A stretch of DNA of 64,000 nt from Nitrospirales bacterium (GTDB lineage: Bacteria; Nitrospirota; Nitrospiria; Nitrospirales; UBA8639), in NCBI GenBank assembly GCA_965223635.1, contig OZ245007.1:386935-450934 (forward strand). The letters are read 5' to 3'. The notes under the pieces are model-generated. The model searched no databases and was not told the origin of the DNA. It saw only the letters and a list, made by a program, of their open reading frames with translations. The first letter of the stretch is position 1, and each line of letters starts with the position of its first letter. A program made the translations under genes and the position numbers. Positions 30,818-41,114 of this stretch are shown here, in pieces.

Positions 30818-33800
30818 TTACTTTGTTCCATGGTTTCTTTCTGGTTTGCCTAAGTTTGGCGGCAGCGAGCCTGAGGACTCGGGTATAGTCACTCCCTGCA
30901 CCTTATTCACCCCATCCAAGACCTTAACAGGCGCAAGAACTGTATTTTTTAAAACATCAAAAGCTAGTTGGGCAAGTCCCGTCAACCCATTCTTTAAAGA
31001 TTCCTTTGGCATATACGTTACCAGGGGGTCTTTCAAGGGCCCAATCAAGCTAAACATGGCTGTGGCAATCCCTTTCCGATCACCAGAAAAAATTGTTCCA
31101 AACAGGGGGATTGACTGTAAGATGTTGGAGTAGGCCCCAAATGGACTGACGGCTGCTATACCGTCCAGGTGATCTCTTTTATAATCATAGGCTCCAGCGA
31201 TCGTAGCCTTCATTACTGGACTTTGCAAAAGAAAATCTTTTGTTGAGAAATTCCCTCTTTCTACCTTTAATGTTGCGTCAACGGAATCATAGGGAAATCC
31301 AGTTTTTTTAAAGCTCACCTTTCCTCTAAGTATGTGGGGAAGATTAAGAATTTTCAGTATTTTTGGGAAGACCGTTCCTTGCCGAACATAGCCATCTCGT
31401 AAGGAAAGCTCAGCTCCCCCGTGCAAAGTGGGTATGATCCCTCTTTTATCACGTCCATGTCCTTGAATCTTTCCACGAATATTGAAGGTGCCTGAAACCA
31501 CATTCTGATCATCACCCATGACAGCTAAGATTTTTTCAAATGGGAGTGCCTTGCCGTCAAATGAAACACGCACGGCTGCTGGCTTACCAGGAGGAAGATG
31601 GACAAAAACTCGGCCCTTTATATTCCCATTTTTTTCCACCATGCTCTGAATATTATCAATGGACACCAGGTTGTCATGAACCTTGACGACAGCAGATAAG
31701 GACTTGCCGGAAAAAGAGGAATACTTAGGGCGCTCTATAAATAAAGATCCTTCTAGCTTTCCATGGGTAGCTAACCATTCAACACCATCACGTAGCACAG
31801 ACCGTTCATTTTTTGGAATCAACAAATCAAGGTCAAATCGTGGAGCATTCCATAAGACACTCACCTGAGGGGTCGTCTGCCATTGTTTTACAAATCCTGT
31901 CACCACCGCCTTACTGTCCTTGATATGAAACTCCATTCGCTTTAACTCTAATAGCTCCTTATCAAGGCGTAACCGAACAAAGATATTTTCAACTGATTCT
32001 TGAATGCCAGGGATAGCCATGACTCCATCCGTTAAAGCCACCCATCCCTTCATATTCCATTTGTTCAAATCTTGCCCCACACCATTTCCGTCTAATTGGA
32101 TCTCTAAAATTCCCGACTGAATGGCATTGCCCAACAACTGGACCTTTTCCGGAAGGACGCCCATTGAGATGGGACCAGAATCAAGACGTCCTTTCCAACT
32201 CCAGGCTGCCCCCACTCTTCCCACGCCTTGTCCGCGAAAACGAAGCGGCAACATGGCTAATTCAATTCGTTCAAATCGAACAAGCCCTTTTCTATGAAAA
32301 TCTCCTTCAATTTCTAGAATGCTGGCTTGTCCTACTTCTTTTCGCAAAAGAGCAGGAATACTGATTCTTGCGTCTCCTCCATCGATCTTGCCTTTGAAAT
32401 TAAAATGGCTCACTGGTCCCCGCAATGTCATTGAAGCATGAAGAGGCCCCATTACCTGAAGCTTAGATTCAGATGAGGGAGGCAGGAGTTCCTTCCCATC
32501 TATTCCTGCAGTGATAACTAATGGCTCTAAACGAAGAATATTCTGATGGACAATTGTCCCATTCAGGGTAAAGGGATATAGACCCATACGTCCTTCCACT
32601 CCTTCGAATACCGTACTGTCAGGAGAAAATGCAATTTTTCCATGAGCATTCGAAAGAGGATAAGACAGACCTGGAATGTGAAAGACAACATTCGCGGGTT
32701 CATAATCCCCATGCTGAAAGTCCAAACCTGACCCGTCCAAGACCTCTCCGGAAAAAGCGAGACGAAGACGGCCTGTTCCTTGAGAGACATTCCAACGTTG
32801 CCAATCAGAGGTCTCCGAAGAGGATGGTAATTTGCGAATGAAACTCCAGACCTTTTCAGCAGGAACCGGCCCCTCGATTTCAATATCACCCCACATACCT
32901 GGATCTTTTAATAAAAACACCCCTTTGGTCACATCCACAGGAATCCCATCATATGTCCCTTTAGTATCGGTAAGATGTATTCGATCTGGGTCAACCACTA
33001 CCGTACCTCGAACGTGATCAATCATTGGCCAGTTCGGAATGGACACAAATCCTTCATTGAGTTGAAACGTTCCTGTTACGGATGTGCCAACATCGGTTCG
33101 AGTTGAACTAGTCACTCGCGCATCTGCTACGGTCAATTTCCCTCCCCATTCACCTTGTTCCCAAAGATGACGAAGGGGATCAGGTAACCATTTTTCAGAG
33201 ATGGCCTTTCGAACAATATCAAGGTCGAGGCTTGAGGAACGCAACGACACTGATGTCATGTGGTTCCCATCTTTAAGACCTTCAATCGTGGCATTACCCG
33301 CTAGAGTAATGGCCGGATTGGTCAAAACAATATTAGAAAAACGAAGTTGGGAAGTTGTGTCTTTCTTTATCCATGTAATCTGGGATTTCGCCCCAAGTCT
33401 TCCAGGAAATTTTGCAAAAGGATCTCCATTGGAAACGAGTTCAGTCAATTGATTCATATCAATATTGTCTGTGCTCATATTCCCAGTAAATGCCAACTTT
33501 TCAAAAACCAGATTCTGGTAATTCTTAGAGGCCAGGGGCATATTTGAGGTTGCGTCAAAGGTACCTGCCAGCTGAAACAATGCAAAATTTCGAGTCTGTC
33601 GAAGCTTGCCAGATACTGTGAGTGCTGAAACTACTGCCATATCGTCGTAAGAGGTTTCTGACATATATGCCACATTTTCCAATACCACGCCTCGCACGGT
33701 CTCTGATGGTGATTCATCAATCACAATGATCTTTCCATTCGTGATTTCAATCTTTCCTAATATAAGGAATGAAGCCAGAGAGCTTAAAGCCGAACCTTCA

Positions 33801-34192
33801 TGAGAATGCGATAAAAACCGCCAGACACCAAACTCATCACGACGAATCTCAATTTCTGGATGATCAAGTACAAGCTCTCGGACTTCGAGTTTTTTCTGAA
33901 ATAATTGCGCAACTCCTAGTTCAAGATTCATGGATTTGGCTCGAAATACAGCATGTGAGGCTACTTCTTCTTTCACCACAATATCGGAAATAAAAATATG
34001 TGGGGATGGGAACAAAGCCAACGAAGTTCGACCCACTTGAACATGAGATCCTAAGGCTTGTCGAATTTGCTGTAGCGCTACATTCTGTAAATAATCAGGA
34101 TTGATAAACCACGGAAGGATAATGAGCGTTCCAATGATAGCGAACGCTCCAAGACTCCCCCACAGGATTATCTTTTTTATTGAATAGTGCAC
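30818..34192 (-). CDS. AsmA-family / YhdP-like large envelope protein
   Basis: The protein is 1124 aa with a single N-terminal TM helix. Its AsmA-like start is KKIILWGSLGAFAIIGTLIILPWFINPDYLQNVALQQI. The body is long and beta-rich, and the C-terminal block is conserved (ATIAGAYDYKRDHLDGIAAVSPF). Confidence 0.65.
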   Translation of the reverse strand: MHYSIKKIILWGSLGAFAIIGTLIILPWFINPDYLQNVALQQIRQALGSHVQVGRTSLALFPSPHIFISDIVVKEEVASHAVFRAKSMNLELGVAQLFQKKLEVRELVLDHPEIEIRRDEFGVWRFLSHSHEGSALSSLASFLILGKIEITNGKIIVIDESPSETVRGVVLENVAYMSETSYDDMAVVSALTVSGKLRQTRNFALFQLAGTFDATSNMPLASKNYQNLVFEKLAFTGNMSTDNIDMNQLTELVSNGDPFAKFPGRLGAKSQITWIKKDTTSQLRFSNIVLTNPAITLAGNATIEGLKDGNHMTSVSLRSSSLDLDIVRKAISEKWLPDPLRHLWEQGEWGGKLTVADARVTSSTRTDVGTSVTGTFQLNEGFVSIPNWPMIDHVRGTVVVDPDRIHLTDTKGTYDGIPVDVTKGVFLLKDPGMWGDIEIEGPVPAEKVWSFIRKLPSSSETSDWQRWNVSQGTGRLRLAFSGEVLDGSGLDFQHGDYEPANVVFHIPGLSYPLSNAHGKIAFSPDSTVFEGVEGRMGLYPFTLNGTIVHQNILRLEPLVITAGIDGKELLPPSSESKLQVMGPLHASMTLRGPVSHFNFKGKIDGGDARISIPALLRKEVGQASILEIEGDFHRKGLVRFERIELAMLPLRFRGQGVGRVGAAWSWKGRLDSGPISMGVLPEKVQLLGNAIQSGILEIQLDGNGVGQDLNKWNMKGWVALTDGVMAIPGIQESVENIFVRLRLDKELLELKRMEFHIKDSKAVVTGFVKQWQTTPQVSVLWNAPRFDLDLLIPKNERSVLRDGVEWLATHGKLEGSLFIERPKYSSFSGKSLSAVVKVHDNLVSIDNIQSMVEKNGNIKGRVFVHLPPGKPAAVRVSFDGKALPFEKILAVMGDDQNVVSGTFNIRGKIQGHGRDKRGIIPTLHGGAELSLRDGYVRQGTVFPKILKILNLPHILRGKVSFKKTGFPYDSVDATLKVERGNFSTKDFLLQSPVMKATIAGAYDYKRDHLDGIAAVSPFGAYSNILQSIPLFGTIFSGDRKGIATAMFSLIGPLKDPLVTYMPKESLKNGLTGLAQLAFDVLKNTVLAPVKVLDGVNKVQGVTIPESSGSLPPNLGKPERNHGTK

Positions 34193-34503
34193 GAAAGAAC
34201 ACTCATAAAAAGTCTATCACTCATCTCAGTTTGAAATGCATGATTTCCAATACGACCTTACGATAGTGGAAATCTTCAAAATGTCATGAGCAATAGAAGA
34301 AACGGCGAAACTTTCTTCGATCGCAAATTCACCTAGAACCATTGTACAAGAAGCAGGGCAAGAGTAAACGGACTCGTCCAAAATGTCTTTATCTGACCCT
34401 TGATCTTTCTTGACCCTTTCAAGATCGATAAGATATTCTGAGTAAAATGACTTCCTGAGCCATATTCCTATCCCAAACACATATTTTCCTATTTTACCTC
34501 TTC

Positions 34504-35376
34504 TTGTTCTCAGCTACTGTTTTGAAACGATCACACACTTTTCTTACAAGACTTCAAGTTGCATCCCTCCTAAAATTTTATGATGTTCCACATCCAGTGC
34601 TCCCCGAAAGAACGCTCTCGGGCTATGACAAAGCCCATGCCCATCGCACTGCACGGATGTGTGTCCCTGTTGCCGAATCATTAGGCCATCCTCTTCCTCG
34701 TCTTAAACAATTTGAAGTTGCTTGTTTACTGCATGACATGGGGCGAGCGGGCCTGGACTCGAAACTCTTTGGCAGAATTTGGTCATGGGCAAAAAACAAG
34801 AACATCCCTACGAGACCACGGGAATGGCGTGCCAAATTTCCCCAAACACCATATGGCCGAGAATCCCAAGCTTTTATTACACGATATAAAGATGAACTTC
34901 AAAAAGAGGGGCTCTCACTGACCGCAGTTGTCAAAGACCACATTGAGATGCGATTAGGGTTTGCTAAACGCCTCAAAAGATATCTCCGTCTGGTAAAAAC
35001 CACCTTGCCAGACATAGGAATCACATGGGCGCCTTGGATGGAAAGAGTCATGTTGTATTATTATTATCCAGAAAAATTGGACACAGCCCCCGCCTGGATG
35101 CACCAATTGGGAGAAATCTTAGTCGCGTGCGAACAGCTTGAAGCCTATAGCAATCATAGACGTGGCAAAGATTATTATGTCCGTTCAGAGGAAAGTTTTC
35201 AGGCAGCGTTTGCATATCTCCGCCAACTCACCAAACAAAAAATTGTCACTCGAGAGGTCTTGACGACCATATGCCGGCTAACTCGTGAAGGGTGTTTTAC
35301 CAATATATTGCGACAAGCCCGCGGCGGAAAACTTTCGACTGCTGAACGAAGCTACCTGATCTCGGTAAAGGCCTAA
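34504..35376 (+). CDS. HD-domain phosphohydrolase-like protein
   Basis: The sequence has HAHRTARM ... ACLLHDMGRAG (the H...HD pattern). The start is TTG. Confidence 0.55.
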   Translation: MFSATVLKRSHTFLTRLQVASLLKFYDVPHPVLPERTLSGYDKAHAHRTARMCVPVAESLGHPLPRLKQFEVACLLHDMGRAGLDSKLFGRIWSWAKNKNIPTRPREWRAKFPQTPYGRESQAFITRYKDELQKEGLSLTAVVKDHIEMRLGFAKRLKRYLRLVKTTLPDIGITWAPWMERVMLYYYYPEKLDTAPAWMHQLGEILVACEQLEAYSNHRRGKDYYVRSEESFQAAFAYLRQLTKQKIVTREVLTTICRLTREGCFTNILRQARGGKLSTAERSYLISVKA

Positions 35377-35382
35377 TCTATT

Positions 35383-35805
35383 ATGACGGTCTCGACACAC
35401 ATGCAACAAGTTTCAATGACAGGGGGTTCTCGTATAGAAAATCTGACCGCGTCTGTGAATAATATCCTGAGTAAATCCGGGGTTTCCAATGGAACATTGA
35501 CATTGTTTGTGAAACATACGACTGCTAGCGTCATGATCATCGAAGACGAACCTGGCATCCGAGCAGACACGAAAAACTTTTGGGATGGCCTTATTCCTCC
35601 CAAACACGAATGGCAACATAATGTCAGGAACCATGGCGAAGATAATGGGCATTCTCATTTGCGCGGACAATTACAAGGTCCTTCCCTAACCATACCTATT
35701 GTACAAGGAACTCTAACATTGGGCACCTGGCAACAGATCGTCTTAATTGATTTTGATACTCGTGCACGAACCCGTGAACTCGTTGTGCAAGTTATGGGCG
35801 AATGA
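35383..35805 (+). CDS. YjbQ/UPF0047 family protein (secondary thiamine-phosphate synthase-like)
   Basis: The sequence is GTLTLFVKHTTASVMIIEDEPG ... EDNGHSHLRGQLQGPSLTIPIVQGTLTLGTWQQIVLIDFD. Confidence 0.8.
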   Translation: MTVSTHMQQVSMTGGSRIENLTASVNNILSKSGVSNGTLTLFVKHTTASVMIIEDEPGIRADTKNFWDGLIPPKHEWQHNVRNHGEDNGHSHLRGQLQGPSLTIPIVQGTLTLGTWQQIVLIDFDTRARTRELVVQVMGE

Positions 35806-36995
35806 TCAAAAAAAGTCAATACACATCATCAATGAATGAAACCATCCCTTGCACTGCACTTTCTAATACGACTCCAAACATGATATCTCGCACTTCTTTA
35901 TGGTACATGTTTATGCTCCTCATTGTAGTCCTTCTTTATTCCCTTAGCCCGCCTGTCGATGCTCAGGTAGCTTCGGGTATAGGTCAAACACGTTCCTCTT
36001 TCTTGTACTTAACGACTAATCAATCGCTAAGTGCGGAAGAACTCAAAACCATCAACGTATTTGAAAAGGCTGCCAAATCCGTAGTCTATATCACCAATAC
36101 GGCTGTCCGCCGCGACTTCTGGTCACTCAATACTTTTGAAGTACCACAAGGTTCTGGGTCAGGCTTTATCTGGAATACCCAAGGGCACATTGTCACCAAT
36201 TTTCATGTGATATATGGAGCCCATTCGATTCAAGTCATCTTGGACGACCAATCTACCCATGACGCTCAAGTAGTTGGTGTGGACCCTGATCACGACTTAG
36301 CCGTCCTACAAATCAAGTCCGCAAAAAACCAACTCTACCCCCTTGAGATCGGCAATTCAAAAAACCTTCGAGTCGGGCAACATGTTTTGGCCATTGGCAA
36401 TCCATTTGGGCTCGATCATACACTCACAACGGGAGTCGTCAGCGCATTAGGTCGATCAATAAAATCAATCAATGACCGCACTATTGAAGGGGCCATTCAA
36501 ACAGATGCCGCTATCAATCCAGGCAATTCCGGAGGTCCGCTCTTAAACAGTTCCGGAAAACTCATTGGCGTCAACACCCAAATCATGAGTCCGAGTGGTG
36601 CATTTTCTGGTGTTGGTTTTGCCGTGCCAGTCGGCATTGTCAAACGTGTCGTGCCACAATTGATTCAATACGGGAAAGTCATTCGTCCTGGACTTGGCAT
36701 TTCCCTCATTCCTGATTCTATTGCCAATCGTTGGGGTATCAAGGGCATTGTCATCGCCCGTGTGCAGGGGGGTAGCGCTGCGGAAAAAGCGGGCTTACAA
36801 AGTCTTCAAGAGCTGCGCTCAGGAAAAATTCGCTTAGGTGACATCATTACTTCAATAGACGGCGACTCAGTTCAAAACTTTGATGACCTCGCGACAATCT
36901 TAGACCGTCACAATGTTGGCGACCGCATCACCGTCGGTTTTCGTCGCAACAACAAGGAACGCACCGTAAAAATCACCCTCCAAGCCGTCCAATAA
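35802..36995 (+). CDS. HtrA/DegP-family periplasmic serine protease with one PDZ domain
   Basis: The catalytic triad contexts are IVTNFHV, DLAVLQI and NPGNSGGPLL. The PDZ block is GIVIARVQGGSAAEKAGL ... GDIITSIDG. An ATGA start/stop overlap links it to yjbQ. Confidence 0.9.
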   Translation: MIKKSQYTSSMNETIPCTALSNTTPNMISRTSLWYMFMLLIVVLLYSLSPPVDAQVASGIGQTRSSFLYLTTNQSLSAEELKTINVFEKAAKSVVYITNTAVRRDFWSLNTFEVPQGSGSGFIWNTQGHIVTNFHVIYGAHSIQVILDDQSTHDAQVVGVDPDHDLAVLQIKSAKNQLYPLEIGNSKNLRVGQHVLAIGNPFGLDHTLTTGVVSALGRSIKSINDRTIEGAIQTDAAINPGNSGGPLLNSSGKLIGVNTQIMSPSGAFSGVGFAVPVGIVKRVVPQLIQYGKVIRPGLGISLIPDSIANRWGIKGIVIARVQGGSAAEKAGLQSLQELRSGKIRLGDIITSIDGDSVQNFDDLATILDRHNVGDRITVGFRRNNKERTVKITLQAVQ

Positions 36996-37346
36996 CCAGC
37001 CGCATTTGGGAACAGTTGCTTTCCCACAGTTACACTCGATATTTTTATCGGGCATCCATCTTATTCTTCTTCAAGCAATTATTATTAGGGCAATAGCTCG
37101 TCGCACACGTTGAATAAAGTTAAACGGCTAAGAGCATATTGAAATTGCCGGGATGCCAGCATTGGCAGGAAAAGAGATAACGGAGAAGATGGATTCTAGT
37201 TAAAAAATGTCGAGAGTAATGGCGGAGAGGCTTTTTTAACCGGCCTTACACGGTTTGTAATAGGCATTCAGCTCGGTATGACGACATCTTGAAGAGAGAA
37301 GGAACAGGGAAAAAGAAAGGCTTTCCCTCATTCATTTTGAGAAAAA

Positions 37347-39953
37347 TTATGCCTCAACTGTTTCTTTGGCGGACAGCACAAACTTGCCGTCGACAACATC
37401 ACCTACAATTGTTTGTCCATCCACCGCTTTACCCTGAATAATCAATCTGGACAGGGGCGTTTCAATTTCTTGTTGGATGAGTCGTTTCAACGGCCTGGCC
37501 CCATAAACCGGGTCATAGCCCCGAGATGCCAATTCGGTTACCGCTTCCGGAGTCAGCTCCAGCGTCATCTGTCGATCAGCCAACCTGGCGCGTAGGCGTC
37601 CCAATTGAATTTCTACAATTGGTCCGAGTTCAGCCTGGGTCAATGGATGGAAGACTACCACTTCATCGACCCTGTTCAAAAATTCCGGACGAAAATGTTG
37701 TTGAATTTCTCGAAGAACCACAGACCGAATACCTTCATAGTCCATGTTCTGTTGTTGGGCTTCTAGAATTTCTTGACTCCCTAAGTTGGATGTCATGATC
37801 AGCACGGTATTTTTAAAGTCTACCGTTCGACCTTGAGAATCTGTCAAACGCCCATCATCCAAAACTTGAAGCAAAACATTAAATACGTCATTGTGCGCTT
37901 TTTCAATTTCATCAAACAAAATGACTGAGAAGGGTTTGCGCCTCACCGCTTCTGTCAGCTGTCCGCCTTCTTCATAGCCTACATATCCTGGAGGTGCGCC
38001 GATCAACCTAGCCACGGTATGTTTTTCCATATATTCGGACATATCAATACGCACTAAATTGGATTCATCATCAAAGAGAGTATGAGCCAAGGCTCGCGCT
38101 AATTCAGTCTTCCCCACACCAGTCGGCCCCAGGAACAAGAAGGAACCAATGGGGCGATTAGGATCTTTGATTCCAGATCTTGCTCGCAGCACAGCATCAG
38201 CTACAGCTCTGACAGCTTCATCTTGTCCAATCACACGTTTATGCAAATGGTCGTCTAAATGTAAAAGTTTTTCCATTTCACCTTGCATCAGACGGCTCAC
38301 AGGAATGCCCGTCCAACGGCTGACCACTTCAGCAATATCTTCTTCATCCACTTCTTCTTTTAACAAGCGGCTCTCCTGACTTTTATTTGTCAGGCGTTCT
38401 TCTTCTTCTTGCATATCTTTTTCTAAACGAGGTAAAGACCCATAGCGCAACTCTGCCACCTTATTAAGATCATACTGTCGTTCAGCTTGCTCAATATCCT
38501 GTTTGACACTTTCAATTGATTGACGCAATTCTTGCAGTTTCCCTACTGATGACTTTTCAGCATCCCACTGGGCTTTTAGGTCAGCTAACGTTTGTTGTTT
38601 TACTTCTAGTTCTTGTTCCAGATTAACCAATCGTGTTTGGCTCCCTGGATCGGTTTCTTTTTTTAATGCCTCCCTTTCAATTTCTAGCTGCAATACTTTC
38701 CTGGAGATCTCATCCATTTCGGCTGGCATACTATCGATTTCGGTACGCAGTCTGGCAGCCGATTCATCAATCAAATCAATGGCCTTATCTGGTAAAAAGC
38801 GGTCTCCAATATAACGATGCGACAATCTTGCGGCCGCGACGAGTGCGGAATCTTTTATCCTGACACCATGATGCACTTCGTACCGTTCTCGAAGTCCACG
38901 TAGAATGGAAATCGTATCTTCAACCGATGGCTGATCAACCACAACTGGTTGAAAACGTCGCTCTAAAGCGGCGTCTTTTTCAATATGTTTGCGATATTCA
39001 TCCAGGGTGGTGGCACCAATGAGATGCATTTCTCCACGAGCCAACATAGGTTTCAGTAAATTGGCGGCATCCATGGCCCCTTCCGCCGCCCCAGCTCCAA
39101 CGACCGTATGCAATTCATCGATAAACAACAAAATTTGGCCTTGCGAAGCTTGGACTTCTTTTAAGACAGCTTTCAACCGTTCCTCAAATTCTCCACGAAA
39201 TTTCGCTCCAGCAACCAATGCCCCCATATCTAGTACGACAAGTCGCTTTTGCTTCAACCCTTCAGGGACATCTCCTTTAATAATTCGCTGGGCCAGTCCC
39301 TCTACAATAGCCGTTTTCCCTACGCCGGGTTCCCCAATGAGCACCGGATTATTTTTGGTTCGTCTAGATAAAATTTGGACGACTCGCCGAATCTCTTCAT
39401 CCCGACCAATCACCGGATCCAATTTACCCTGACTTGCAAATCGTGTTAGGTCTCGGCCATATTTCTCCAAGGATTGGTAGGTCCCCTCAGGGACTTGGCT
39501 TGTCACTCGTTGATTCCCTCGTACATGTTGGAGCCCCTCGAACACCTTTTCCCGTTTTAAGCCCAAGGGCCCAAAGACCCCTCCTTCTTCCACCATAGCC
39601 AGCAATACATGCTCCACACTCAGAAATTCGTCTCGAAGCTCTTTCATTTCAGTTTCAGCTTGATTGAAAACTTTCCCTAATCGTGGTGTGAGATGTACTT
39701 GGCCGGGAGCGGAACCGCTCACCTGAACTTGGGGAATTTTTTGAAGCGCTTGCTCTGCTGCATTGCTTACGGACTTTGGAGACACACCGGCCTGCTCCAG
39801 AATAGGTATTGTCGATCCATCGGGCTGTTCCATTAAAGCAATCAATAAATGTTCGACATCGATGCCCTGATGGTTACGTCGCATGGCCAAACCTGAAGCA
39901 GTTTGTAAGGCTTCTTGCAGTTTTATGGTCATTTCATTGGGATTCATCAGCAC
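37347..39953 (-). CDS. clpB: ATP-dependent chaperone ClpB
   Basis: The protein has two AAA+ modules ([15 protein letters not shown] and [15 protein letters not shown]) separated by a long middle coiled coil. The N-domain begins [26 protein letters not shown]. Confidence 0.95.
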   Translation of the reverse strand: MLMNPNEMTIKLQEALQTASGLAMRRNHQGIDVEHLLIALMEQPDGSTIPILEQAGVSPKSVSNAAEQALQKIPQVQVSGSAPGQVHLTPRLGKVFNQAETEMKELRDEFLSVEHVLLAMVEEGGVFGPLGLKREKVFEGLQHVRGNQRVTSQVPEGTYQSLEKYGRDLTRFASQGKLDPVIGRDEEIRRVVQILSRRTKNNPVLIGEPGVGKTAIVEGLAQRIIKGDVPEGLKQKRLVVLDMGALVAGAKFRGEFEERLKAVLKEVQASQGQILLFIDELHTVVGAGAAEGAMDAANLLKPMLARGEMHLIGATTLDEYRKHIEKDAALERRFQPVVVDQPSVEDTISILRGLRERYEVHHGVRIKDSALVAAARLSHRYIGDRFLPDKAIDLIDESAARLRTEIDSMPAEMDEISRKVLQLEIEREALKKETDPGSQTRLVNLEQELEVKQQTLADLKAQWDAEKSSVGKLQELRQSIESVKQDIEQAERQYDLNKVAELRYGSLPRLEKDMQEEEERLTNKSQESRLLKEEVDEEDIAEVVSRWTGIPVSRLMQGEMEKLLHLDDHLHKRVIGQDEAVRAVADAVLRARSGIKDPNRPIGSFLFLGPTGVGKTELARALAHTLFDDESNLVRIDMSEYMEKHTVARLIGAPPGYVGYEEGGQLTEAVRRKPFSVILFDEIEKAHNDVFNVLLQVLDDGRLTDSQGRTVDFKNTVLIMTSNLGSQEILEAQQQNMDYEGIRSVVLREIQQHFRPEFLNRVDEVVVFHPLTQAELGPIVEIQLGRLRARLADRQMTLELTPEAVTELASRGYDPVYGARPLKRLIQQEIETPLSRLIIQGKAVDGQTIVGDVVDGKFVLSAKETVEA

Positions 39954-40232
39954 ACCTCTTTTTGTCTCTGCATTCTTATGAATATCATCAGAATCACAAG
40001 AAGGTTATTATATTAAAAATTCCGTCGATTGTTCTTGATCTTCAACAAAGATAATCATAGATTCATTAATTTCAAGCCCTTCATGACATTTTTCCTAAAC
40101 GCTCTAAAAAAGACTAGCGACAAAGCAAAGAAGTCCACGTCTATTAGACATGAACAACTCCGTTTGAGTCTTCACCCCCATCCCTATCCCTGAAAGGGCG
40201 AAGGAGTAAAAAACTTAGAGAGAATGTTTAAA

Positions 40233-41057
40233 TTACGAACGTAGTCGAAAGACGTTGATTGTTGGAACAGGTTGTTCAAAGCGATGCCATAGGGAGGTAC
40301 TTTGGAGATATTCATTTTGTCCGATACACAAAAAGCCTTGCCGAACTAAACTCTTGACGAACAATGAGCCCACTTGATGTTGCAGCTCCTGATTGAAATA
40401 AATGAGGACATTTCGACATAAAATAAGATTCATATCGCCAAAGACCCCATCACCATTCAAATTATGCTTCGAAATAGTAAGGGCCTTTCGGAATTCTGAC
40501 TGAATGATTCCTTGTGTCCCGTCTTGGGTGAAATATTCTAACCATTTCTTTTTGCCACCGGCCTGCTCATAGTTCGCTGCCGCCCCATGAATTTTTTCCA
40601 TTCGATATGCGCCGGCCTGTGTATTGGCTAAGACGGAAGGATTCACATCAGTACAGTAAATATGCGTGCGCTCAAGCAATCCCTCTTCATAGAGCAAAAC
40701 GGCCAGGGAATAGGGTTCTTCTCCCGTTGCGCACCCAGCAATCCACACATTCAAAAAAGGAAAGGTGCGCAAATGTGGGATCACCTGTTCTCGTAACGTT
40801 AAAAAGAAAGTTGGATCTCGAAAAAACTCCGTATAGGGAACTGAGATATGTGAGACAAATTCCCAAAAGAGGGTCTGGTCATGCAAAATCGACGGCAATA
40901 ACGCGGTCGGAGAGGAGCAATTCTGTTGCTGCAAAAAACTCCCAATCCGTCGCCCCAACGATCCTCCTGAATACTCCTGATAGTGATAGCCATATCGTCG
41001 CGACAACGCATCTAACAACAATTCTACTTCCAATTCATGGACTTGTGCGGCGTTCAT
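40233..41057 (-). CDS. cheR: CheR-type protein-glutamate O-methyltransferase (stand-alone)
   Basis: Motifs: TEFFRDPTFF, the SAM motif VWIAGCATGEEPYSLAVLL, and ILCRNVLIYF. Confidence 0.85.
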   Translation of the reverse strand: MNAAQVHELEVELLLDALSRRYGYHYQEYSGGSLGRRIGSFLQQQNCSSPTALLPSILHDQTLFWEFVSHISVPYTEFFRDPTFFLTLREQVIPHLRTFPFLNVWIAGCATGEEPYSLAVLLYEEGLLERTHIYCTDVNPSVLANTQAGAYRMEKIHGAAANYEQAGGKKKWLEYFTQDGTQGIIQSEFRKALTISKHNLNGDGVFGDMNLILCRNVLIYFNQELQHQVGSLFVKSLVRQGFLCIGQNEYLQSTSLWHRFEQPVPTINVFRLRS

Positions 41058-41114
41058 TATGCTCCAATGGGATCCATCATCTGACTGAAGAAGAAAAATC
41101 CGCCAACAACGGCG

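Noticed and set aside
34226-34480. 84-aa minus-strand ORF between the AsmA-like and HD-domain genes
   Set aside because: It sits in the divergent promoter region. It has no motifs and no SD.
38989-39432. 147-aa plus-strand ORF inside clpB
   Set aside because: It is an antisense shadow ORF of clpB.
39954-40232. Heat-shock control elements upstream of clpB (sigma-32 CTTGAAA/CCCCAT or CIRCE)
   Set aside because: A CTTGAAA is present on the minus strand, but no acceptable CCCCATNT-type -10 element follows at the right spacing. No TTAGCACTC-N9-GAGTGCTAA inverted repeat is present.
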